Shown piece after piece: positions 1 through 7,275 of a stretch of DNA of 17,813 nucleotides. Origin of the DNA: a virus (Duplodnaviria > Heunggongvirae > Uroviricota > Caudoviricetes); the IMG/VR virus record IMGVR_UViG_2531839664_000031; one strand, 5' to 3'. A program made the translations under genes and the position numbers. Positions within the stretch are counted from its first letter, which is position 1; each line of letters opens with the position of its first letter. The notes beneath the pieces were generated by a model. It was not told where the DNA came from, did no database searches, and worked only from the letters and a program-made list of their open reading frames with translations.

Positions 1-981
1 AGGCTTCCGCTTATTTGCGAAGGCGGAGTTCGACCGCCTCTGGAAAAAATGATGCCACTGCTGGATAAGCTGCGTGAGCAGTACGGGGTCGGACCGGTAT
101 GCAGCGAACTGCATATTGCCCCGTCAACGTATTACCATTGTCAGCAACAGCGACATCATCCGGATAAACGCAGTGCCCGTGCGCAGCACGATGACTGGCT
201 GAAGAGAGAGATACAGCGCGTATACGATGAAAATCACCAGGTATACGGTGTGCGTAAAGTCTGGCGTCAGTTGTTACGGGAAGGTATCAGAGTGGCCAGA
301 TGCACTGTGGCACGTCTCATGGCAGTTATGGGACTTACCGGTGTTCTCCGGGGTAAAAAGGTCCGCACTACCGTCAGCCGGAGAGCCGTTGCCGCAGGCG
401 ACCGCGTAAACCGTCAGTTCGTGGCAGAACGTCCAGACCAGTTGTGGGTGGCTGATTTTACCTGGGTAAGCACATGGCAGGGCTTCGTTTATGTGGCGTT
501 CATCATTGATGTGTTCGCCGGATACATCGTGGGATGGCGGGTCTCATCATCCATGGAAACGGCATTCGTGCTGGATGCACTGGAGCAGGCGTTGTGGGCC
601 CGTCGGCCGTCCGGCACAATCCACCACAGTGATAAAGGTTCTCAGTATGTATCGCTGGCCTACACGCAGCGGCTTAAGGAAGCCGGCTTACTGGCATCAA
701 CAGGGAGTACTGGTGACTCGTATGACAACGCGATGGCGGAGAGCATCAATGGCCTTTACAAAGCGGAGGTAATACACCGTAAGCGCTGGAAAAACCGTGC
801 AGAAGTGGAACTGGCCACACTAACGTGGGTGGACTGGTATAACAATCGACGATTGCTGGGAAGGCTGGGCCATACTCCTCCGGCAGAAGCAGAAAAAGCT
901 TATTATGCTTCCATCGGAAACAATGATCTGGCAGCCTGAGTTCACAGATAAAACACTCTCCAGGAAACCCGGGGCGGTTCA
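1..981 (+). mobile_element. Partial IS3-family insertion sequence (IS629/IS1203/IS3411-like), 3' portion; the window starts inside the element
   Basis: orfA tail in frame 2 (..FAKAEFDRLWKK, stop 50-52) overlaps the orfB start in the -1 frame at an A6 run (44-49), the usual IS3-family frameshift layout. 296-aa orfB follows. Right terminus ..CCGGGGCGGTTCA ends at 981 (TG..CA-type end). Specific IS name is from memory of the OrfB sequence. Confidence 0.6.
49..939 (+). CDS. IS3-family transposase OrfB (DDE/rve integrase-like catalytic subunit), IS629/IS1203-like
   Basis: 296-aa ORF with typical IS3-family OrfB features: ..QLWVADFTW.., ..HHSDKGSQY.., ..YDNAMAES.. and a C-terminal ..LGHTPPAEAE.. 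tail. Starts in the -1 frame overlapping the orfA stop. Confidence 0.85.
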   Translation: MMPLLDKLREQYGVGPVCSELHIAPSTYYHCQQQRHHPDKRSARAQHDDWLKREIQRVYDENHQVYGVRKVWRQLLREGIRVARCTVARLMAVMGLTGVLRGKKVRTTVSRRAVAAGDRVNRQFVAERPDQLWVADFTWVSTWQGFVYVAFIIDVFAGYIVGWRVSSSMETAFVLDALEQALWARRPSGTIHHSDKGSQYVSLAYTQRLKEAGLLASTGSTGDSYDNAMAESINGLYKAEVIHRKRWKNRAEVELATLTWVDWYNNRRLLGRLGHTPPAEAEKAYYASIGNNDLAA

Positions 982-1143
982 GTGGGTTACGTAAGCTTCA
1001 GCGAGGCAGCTCACGCCATAACGGACTATATCGTTGGATATTACAGCGCACTAAGACCGCACGAATATAACGGTGGGTTACCCCCAAACGAATCGGAAAA
1101 TCGATACTGGAAAAACTCTAACTCGGTGGCCAGTTTTTGTTGA
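982..1143 (+). pseudogene. Orphan C-terminal tail of a DDE (rve-type) transposase, or alternatively 5' leader of the adjacent IS66-like element
   Basis: One frame reads ..SEAAHAITDYIVGYYSALRPHEYNGGLPPNESENRYWKNSNSVASFC*, matching the conserved C-terminal pattern of IS3/IS481-type transposases (YYN..RPH...L.P.E.E). No catalytic core or start codon is present; it begins directly after the IS629-like terminus. Confidence 0.3.
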
Positions 1144-2635
1144 CCACTTCAGAAAGCCAGTTCCGTCAGAAAGACCAGCAACTAAGTCTGGTTGAAGAGA
1201 CGGAGGCCTTCCTGTGCTCTGCACTGGCACGTGCCGAAGAAAAGATCGAAGAAGATGAACGGGAAATAGAACATCTGCAGACTCAGATAGAAAAACTGCG
1301 CCGGATGCTGTTCGGTACCCGTTCTGAAAAACTGCGTCGTGAAGTTGAACAGGCTGAGGCCCTGCTGAAACAACGCGAACAGGACAGCGATCGTTACAGT
1401 GGGCGGGAAGACGCTCCACAGGTTCCCCGCCAGTTGAGACAGCCGCGCCATCGTCGTCCGTTACCGGCACACCTTCCCCATGCAATACACCGTCTGGAGT
1501 CTGAAGAAAGCTGTTGCCCGGAGTGTGGCGGTGAGCTGGATTATCTGGAGGAAGTCAGTGCAGAACAACTGGAACTGGTGAGCAGCGCCCTGAAAGTGAT
1601 CCGCACTGTTCGGGTAAAAAAGCCTGTACAAAATGTGACTGCATCGTTGAAGCACCGGCGCCGTCCCGCCCGATAGAGCGTGGTATCGCGGGCCCCGGAT
1701 TACTTGCCCGCGTGTTAACGGGAAAATACTGCGAACAGCTGCCACTGTATCGTCAGAGTGAAATCTTTGCCCGACAGGGTGTCGAACTGAGCCGTGCATT
1801 ACTCTCCAACTGGGTTGACGCGTGCTGCCAGTTAATGACTCCGCTGAATGATGCCCTGTACCGTTATGTGATGAATACCCGCAAGCTTCACACTGACGAC
1901 ACACCGGTAAAGGTACTGGCACTGGGCCTGAAAAGACGAAAACAGGGCGCATCTGGACGTATGTCCGGAATGATCGCAATGCGGGTTCGTCATCTCCTCC
2001 GGCGGTCTGGTTCGCGTACTCACCGAACCGGCAGGGGAAACACCCGGAGCAACACCTCCGCCCCCTGCAGGCGGATGCGTTCAACGGTTACGATCGGCTG
2101 TTCAGTGCAGAACGTGAAGATGGTGCGCTGACAGAAGTTGCGTGCTGAGCCCATGTCCGGAGAAAAATCCACGATGTATACATCAGCAGCAAAAGTGCGA
2201 CGGCAGAAGAAGCCCTGAAGCGCATCAGTGAACTGTACGCCATCGAGGATGAAATACGGGGATTACCAGAGTCAGAGCGTCTTGAAGTCAGGCAGCAGCG
2301 AAGCAAAGCGTTACTGACGTCGCTGCATGAATGGATGGTGGAGAAGAATGGCACGCTGTCGAAAAAATCCAGACCAGGCGAAGCGTTCAGCTATGTACTG
2401 AATCAGTGGGACGCCCTCTGTTATTACAGTGATGACGGTCTGGCGGAGGCGGACAATAACACAGCGGAAAGAGCGCTTCGTGCCGTCTGTCTCGGGAAAA
2501 AGAATTACATGTTCTTCGGTAGCGATCACGGCGGCGAGCGTGGAGCACTGCTGTACGGGCTGATCGGCACCTGCCGTCTGAACGGTATCGATCCGGAAGC
2601 GTATCTGCGCCATATTCTGAGCGTACTACCGGAAT
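1137..2635 (+). pseudogene. IS66-family transposase (TnpC-like), inactivated by frameshifts and a nonsense codon and truncated at its 3' end by IS3
   Basis: Three consecutive ORFs in frames 0, 2 and 1 (1137-1676, 1712-2131, 2335-2673) together read as one IS66-type transposase: coiled-coil N-terminus with LFGTRSEKL, zinc-finger CPECGG..KACTKCDC, IERGIAGPGLLA, DDTPVKVLA, then ..GKKNYMFFGSD... Frame change at the A6 run 1616-1621, a second near 1925-1945, in-frame TGA at 2146-2148 where Trp is expected (ACWAHVRR context), and the reading frame runs into the IS3 left end at 2636. No ATG start and no tnpA/tnpB upstream. Confidence 0.75.
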
Positions 2636-2700
2636 TGATCTTACCCAGCAATAGTGGACACGCGGCTAAGTGAGTAAACTCTCAGTCAGAGGTGACTCAC

Positions 2701-3000
2701 ATGACAAAAACAGTATCAACCAGTAAAAAACCCCGTAAACAGCATTCGCCTGAATTTCGCAGTGAAGCCCTGAAGCTTGCTGAACGCATCGGTGTTACTG
2801 CCGCAGCCCGTGAACTCAGCCTGTATGAATCACAGCTCTACAACTGGCGCAGTAAACAGCAAAATCAGCAGACGTCTTCTGAACGTGAACTGGAGATGTC
2901 TACCGAGATTGCACGTCTCAAACGCCAGCTGGCAGAACGGGATGAAGAGCTGACCATCCTCCAAAAGGCCGCGACATACTTCGCGAAGCGCCTGAAATGA
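2701..3000 (+). CDS. insE: IS3 transposase OrfA (InsE), HTH DNA-binding subunit
   Basis: 99-aa product [29 protein letters not shown].. with a C-terminal leucine-zipper-like segment. ATG at 2701 (the ORF track starts 3 codons earlier at a GTG). Confidence 0.85.
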   Translation: MTKTVSTSKKPRKQHSPEFRSEALKLAERIGVTAAARELSLYESQLYNWRSKQQNQQTSSERELEMSTEIARLKRQLAERDEELTILQKAATYFAKRLK

Positions 3001-3862
3001 AGTATGTCTTTATTGAAAAACATCAGGCTGAGTTCAGCATCAAAGCAATGTGCCGCGTGCTCCGGGTGGCCCGCAGCGGCTGGTATACGTGGTGTCAGCG
3101 GCGGACAAGGATAAGTACATGTCAGCAGTTCCGCCAACACTGCGACAGCGTTGTCCTCGCGGCTTTTACCCGGTCAAAACAGCGTTACGGTGCCCCACGC
3201 CTGACGGATGAACTGCGTGCTCAGGGTTACCCCTTTACGTAAAAACCGTGGCGGCAAGCCTGCGCCGTCAGGGACTGAGGGCAAAGGCCTCCCGGAAGTT
3301 CAGCCCGGTCAGCTACCACGCACACGGCCTGCCTGTGTCAGAAAATCTGTTGGAGCAGGATTTTTACGCCAGTGGCCCGAACCAGAAGTGGGCAGGAGAC
3401 ATCACGTACTTACGTACAGATGAAGGCTGGCTGTATCTGGCAGTGGTCATTGACCTGTGGTCACGTGCCGTTATTGGCTGGTCAATGTCGCCACGCATGA
3501 CGGCGCAACTGGCCTGCGATGCCCTGCAGATGGCGCTGTGGCGGCGTAAGAGGCCCCGGAACGTTATCGTTCACACGGACCGTGGAGGCCAGTACTGTTC
3601 AGCAGATTATCAGGCGCAACTGAAGCGGCATAATCTGCGTGGAAGTATGAGCGCAAAAGGTTGCTGCTACGATAATGCCTGCGTGGAAAGCTTCTTTCAT
3701 TCGCTGAAAGTGGAATGTATCCATGGAGAACACTTTATCAGCCGGGAAATAATGCGGGCAACGGTGTTTAATTATATCGAATGTGATTACAATCGGTGGC
3801 GGCGGCACAGTTGGTGTGGCGGCCTCAGTCCGGAACAATTTGAAAACCAGAACCTCGCTTAG
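2997..3862 (+). pseudogene. insF: IS3 transposase OrfB (InsF), frameshifted
   Basis: Two ORFs (2997-3242 and 3248-3862) together read as Ins[23 protein letters not shown].. then ..[27 protein letters not shown]... The first ends ..GYPFT* and the second picks up ..[11 protein letters not shown].. in another frame, consistent with loss of one A near 3237-3240 (TTTACGTAAAAACC, where NVKTVAAS is expected). Confidence 0.8.
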
Positions 3863-4415
3863 GCCTGTGTCCATATTACGTGGGTAGGATCAGCTAACCT
3901 ACATGTGCAAAGCATGAAATTGGCCTCAGATTAATGTTAAGCGTCTTGCCGGACGCGTAATGTTAACTGGGGCTTTTCTCTATCTGCCTTTTGGTGTTCA
4001 TGCCTGAGGCAGATAGCCTCAAGCACCCGCAGCAATTCTAACTATCCAATAGATCAATGCCAACTTCTTTTCCTGCAACATCTCTCATCATAAGTGACCC
4101 AAATTCATCCAATCAGCACAAAAGAAACATTTAAAGCGTGAATGCTACCGAACGTTCATTTCAATTACATCGTTTTGATTTTTAACAGTTTTCACCTCAA
4201 CAAATCAAATGGCATTAGCATTCATCATGGAAGAAAGACTGATAAAAATGATCATTTTCAATGACTTATGATCACACCGGGTATTGCCAAGTCATTCCTT
4301 TTACGCCAGGATACCCACAAGTGAGTAGTCGAGGAGAGTTTGCCAATTTTTGCGATATAAATTTCAATGTCCGAAGAACCATTAATTGTTAATTGATTCT
4401 GTATAAGGTATTAAC

Positions 4416-5513
4416 ATGACAATTTCATATATTCCTATTCTGAAAGCGAAACGTTCTGAGTTATCAGCTTTATCGCAGCTATCCATTGAAAAGAAATCAA
4501 AAATTTTGCCATTACTCGAAATTGAACCAGTGCCAATTGACCCTGATTCAGGTATTGCCTTAAAGAGTTATAACGAGACTCTTATAGAGTTCGGAAAGAA
4601 AGTCTCAAAATCTTGCTCAGATATGCAAGGTGTTTATATTGATGGATTATTAATTGAAGAGCATTTTATTTCTCCTGAAGATCATTACCCTATAATAAAT
4701 GCGGTTAATCAAGTTAGAGATATGGGGATAAGAGTTATTCCTGTCAGTTCACCAACTCGCCCATCTAACTATAAAAGAGCGATTGATGAATTAATGCAGA
4801 ATGAAATATGCTTGAGATTAACCACGTTAGATCTGGTTAACCCACAATTAATAACGCATTACATTAATCATCTGGGAATTCCTTTATCAAATATTGATAT
4901 AATTATTGACTTAAGAGATGAGTTAACCGAGGATAAAATTAATTCCGGCGAACTATATACTTTGGCAATGGGATTGATAAACAATCTGGCGCACCTCAAT
5001 GAATACAGAAAAGTGATTCTTTCTGGGGGTTCATTTCCTACAGATCTCAGTGATATTTCTGTTGGTCTATATTCTCAACCTCGAATCGAGTGGATTTTAT
5101 GGCAGAGTTTAATGAATAGAAAAGAACTTGCCAGAAATGTGATTTATAGTGATTATGGAGTACAGCACCCCGACTTTAATAGGCTTTCGACGCGATTCCC
5201 TAGCGTATCTGCCAGCGTCAGATACTCTGGAGATAATGACTTTTGGGTATTTCGAGGAAGAGTAGCTAATCGCTTTGGTTATGAACAATATGGTAAACAT
5301 AGTGAGGATATTCTTGCTCATCGAGAATATTCAGGGCCTACATTCTGTGCGGGAGATAGAGACATAGAATATTATGCAAACGAGTATCAAGCCTACAAAG
5401 CCAATCCCTCTGGTAACTATAAATTTGGTAGCCCAGAGGTATGGCGTAGGATTGGGCAAAACCATCACATAACTAAGGTTGTTGAGCAACTCGCCACTCT
5501 TTACGGGCTTTAA
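4416..5513 (+). CDS. Uncharacterised 365-aa protein; resembles, from memory, proteins annotated as 'beta family protein' (the sce7725-type partner of sce7726-family proteins)
   Basis: 1.1-kb ORF in AT-rich DNA, which is unlikely by chance. ATG at 4416 preceded by AAGGT at 4402-4406. N-terminus MTISYIPILKAKRSELSAL. Alternating hydrophobic strand-like segments (YIPIL, VYIDGLL, IRVIPV, ICLRL, IDIIIDL, KVILSGG, VIYSDYG) suggest an alpha/beta fold. No recognisable catalytic motif. Family recollection is unverified. Confidence 0.7.
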   Translation: MTISYIPILKAKRSELSALSQLSIEKKSKILPLLEIEPVPIDPDSGIALKSYNETLIEFGKKVSKSCSDMQGVYIDGLLIEEHFISPEDHYPIINAVNQVRDMGIRVIPVSSPTRPSNYKRAIDELMQNEICLRLTTLDLVNPQLITHYINHLGIPLSNIDIIIDLRDELTEDKINSGELYTLAMGLINNLAHLNEYRKVILSGGSFPTDLSDISVGLYSQPRIEWILWQSLMNRKELARNVIYSDYGVQHPDFNRLSTRFPSVSASVRYSGDNDFWVFRGRVANRFGYEQYGKHSEDILAHREYSGPTFCAGDRDIEYYANEYQAYKANPSGNYKFGSPEVWRRIGQNHHITKVVEQLATLYGL

Positions 5514-6051
5514 GTTTAACTCGAACAGCTTCACGAAGCTCGCCAACATCCATACTATTGGCGAGTTTTGACCATAAGACGCGTTTAGGTTTATTTTTCA
5601 AATTCTGTAGCTCCCCTACATCACTTAATAGGGAAAGCAATTCATCTTTCCAAAGAAGCATTGTTAAGGAAAGTTTGTCCACTTGTGGATTCAACTTGCT
5701 AGTTCGAATTGTTTTTAAATGGATACCTTGCCGTGCACCTTGCGTAACTTGCTTTATCCCCCACCATGATGGAACTATGCTTAAAGCATCATAAAGATGG
5801 CAATCAGAGACAACCAAAGTTACTTTATCCATCACTGATGAGTAATGTTGCACCTGCGCTGGTAATCTGAGCAAGTTATCACTCTTGCTCTTCAACTCAT
5901 AACCATGTATAAGCCCATTGATCACTGCTATATCAGCTCTGCTAGCCCCTAGATTCATCGTAAACTCATCAATGATTAGGGTGTCAGGATCTTTATGATG
6001 ATCTCTCAGAATCTTGGCATGCACAGCCTTTCTTACATCAATGTCTCTCAT
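5473..6051 (-). CDS. Uncharacterised 192-aa protein with a PD-(D/E)xK-like nuclease motif; resembles, from memory, 'sce7726 family' proteins
   Basis: Convergent with the 365-aa gene and overlapping its 3' end by 41 nt. Motif ..IIDEF..-..RADIAVINGLIHGYELKSKSD.. fits the D-x11-E-x-K signature of restriction-endonuclease-fold nucleases. Basic C-terminal tail. No clear Shine-Dalgarno before ATG 6051, so the start is uncertain. Confidence 0.6.
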   Translation of the reverse strand: MRDIDVRKAVHAKILRDHHKDPDTLIIDEFTMNLGASRADIAVINGLIHGYELKSKSDNLLRLPAQVQHYSSVMDKVTLVVSDCHLYDALSIVPSWWGIKQVTQGARQGIHLKTIRTSKLNPQVDKLSLTMLLWKDELLSLLSDVGELQNLKNKPKRVLWSKLANSMDVGELREAVRVKLKARKEWRVAQQP

Positions 6052-6373
6052 ACCATAGTTGCGCTTTCATCGACTCTCTCAAGCCATGATTCTATATCAT
6101 GGTTCGCATGAATGCCATTTGATATGACCAGTGGTTAAACATTGCACAGAAAAGTGGATGTGTATTTTAACAAAAGCAATGACGGCTAACCATGTTGGTA
6201 TGTCGATAAAATGTTTCAACGTAAGCATTATCTGTTCCGCCCTTTCGGGCGGCCTCCTGATGTTCTGAGGGTGCAGAAATCCCTCCGGTTAAGGATTAAA
6301 TTTTATTTACAGAACTGAATTTAATTATTCAGATATACGTATCTGTAACCTTACTAACCTACTCACTGGATGC

Positions 6374-6847
6374 CTATTTCATAAAAATAATCCAGTGGGT
6401 TTTATCGTTTTTTCCTGTTCGTTGACCGATAACAGGTTTTCTGTCGGTCAGTGCCAATATCTGGCGAACAGGTATTTGCGTTTCATTCCATTTAAAAATC
6501 AGAACGCCGTATGGACGCAACACACGAAAGGCTTCTTTAAATCCCTGCCGCAAATCATCACGCCAGGTATCTTTATTCAGCCGTCCATATTTCTTTCCCA
6601 TCCTGGCGTTATCACCAACACGCTCAAGATGCGGAGGATCGAATATAACCATCGAAAAAGATGCGTCTGCAAATGGTAGTGCACGAAAATCAGCTATCAG
6701 ATCAGGACTGATAATCAGGCGTCGTCCATCACACAATGTGTGCTCTTCCTTTCTGATATCGCTAAATATCGCCCGGTCGTCATTCTTATCGAACCAGAAC
6801 ATGCGACTGCCACAGCACATATCAAGAATGGTTGCCGGTGCACTCAC
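6374..6847 (-). CDS. Small SAM-dependent methyltransferase-like protein (putative phage DNA methyltransferase)
   Basis: 157 aa. Motif I-like LDMCCGS near the N-terminus and motif IV-like FDPPH (DPPY/H type) about 60 residues later. GTG start with AGGAGG 6-8 nt upstream, overlapping the stop of the upstream gene by 4 nt. Confidence 0.6.
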   Translation of the reverse strand: MSAPATILDMCCGSRMFWFDKNDDRAIFSDIRKEEHTLCDGRRLIISPDLIADFRALPFADASFSMVIFDPPHLERVGDNARMGKKYGRLNKDTWRDDLRQGFKEAFRVLRPYGVLIFKWNETQIPVRQILALTDRKPVIGQRTGKNDKTHWIIFMK

Positions 6848-7260
6848 TGCGCTACCTCCTGAAAATTACCCTGATAGAAAGCCAGTACACGCTGCATAGC
6901 TTCGCTCTTCCGGCACTCGCGACAGATTATATTCAGGCGCCTGTCGTAGCGGCGTATTTCTCCGTCTGGTAATGAATAAACCAGGTCCGGGTCGCTCTTT
7001 TTTTTCACTGCTGCTTTCGACATCTTTTTGCGGGCCTTTATCCAGTCCTTACGTGCCTGTTCAGACGGAAATAACCCGTAGCCGGAGTTGTATAAATCGC
7101 CACTGGCAACCAGCTCTCTGGCAAGAACACTCATCAGATATCTTGTCGCACCTGTCTTGGCTTCCAGTTGCCGTAACGTCTCGCGACCGCTCAGACGTAC
7201 AAGTTCAACAACCTGCCCTTTAATTTTTTCCCGCTCTTCTGATGTAAATACTTTTGCCAT
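6844..7260 (-). CDS. Hypothetical prophage protein (138 aa from ATG 7260)
   Basis: Translationally coupled within the minus-strand operon. GGAGG 5 nt upstream of ATG 7260 (the track ORF starts 5 codons earlier at TTG). Basic, lysine-rich central segment; no motif recognised. Confidence 0.55.
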   Translation of the reverse strand: MAKVFTSEEREKIKGQVVELVRLSGRETLRQLEAKTGATRYLMSVLARELVASGDLYNSGYGLFPSEQARKDWIKARKKMSKAAVKKKSDPDLVYSLPDGEIRRYDRRLNIICRECRKSEAMQRVLAFYQGNFQEVAQ

Positions 7261-7275
7261 AGGTGCCTCCGGCAA

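Larger units (their letters stand above)
2636..3892 (+). mobile_element. IS3 insertion sequence, 1257 bp, with a 1-bp deletion in insF
   Basis: Imperfect terminal inverted repeats TGATCTTACCCAGCAATAGTGGACAC.. (left, from 2636) and ..GTGTCCATATTACGTGGGTAGGATCA (right, to 3892). Contains insE and insF with the IS3 overlap ATGA at 2997-3000. Length is one short of the 1258 bp I recall for IS3. Flanking 3-mers differ (AAT vs GCT). Confidence 0.85.
3893..6373. other. AT-rich island of probable foreign origin between the IS cluster and the prophage, carrying a two-gene cassette
   Basis: Base composition drops visibly (roughly mid-30s % GC by eye) compared with the flanking IS and prophage DNA. The first 520 bp have no ORF over 60 aa. 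Confidence 0.6.

Noticed and set aside
1-52. Possible additional frameshift in the orfA tail of the IS629-like element (ASAY in one frame, FAKAEFDRLWKK in the next, at the T-run 14-16)
   Set aside because: Only about 15 nt of upstream sequence are available in the window; too little to distinguish a real lesion from coincidence.
227-772. 60-aa and 93-aa plus-strand ORFs inside the IS629-like orfB
   Set aside because: Alternative-frame ORFs nested within a clearly coding transposase gene.
1078-2613. Minus-strand ORFs (89-207 aa) and a plus-strand ORF chain across the IS66-like region
   Set aside because: The minus-strand ORFs are antisense to the transposase pseudogene. The plus-strand ORFs are fragments of one disrupted transposase and are reported as a single pseudogene, not separate genes.
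3208-3874. 71-aa plus-strand and 91-aa minus-strand ORFs inside IS3
   Set aside because: Alternative-frame or antisense ORFs within insF; the first is a by-product of the frameshift region.
5109-5794. Small ORFs (70-78 aa) antisense to the two cassette genes
   Set aside because: Nested antisense to longer ORFs with better start contexts; AT-rich DNA makes short spurious ORFs common.
6237-6252. GC hairpin CCGCCC-TTTC-GGGCGG as a terminator between the cassette and the methyltransferase-like gene
   Set aside because: No U-tract follows on either strand, so it is not a convincing intrinsic terminator; could be a REP-like or structural element but evidence is weak. Nearby AT-rich palindromes at 6315-6345 are similarly unsupported.
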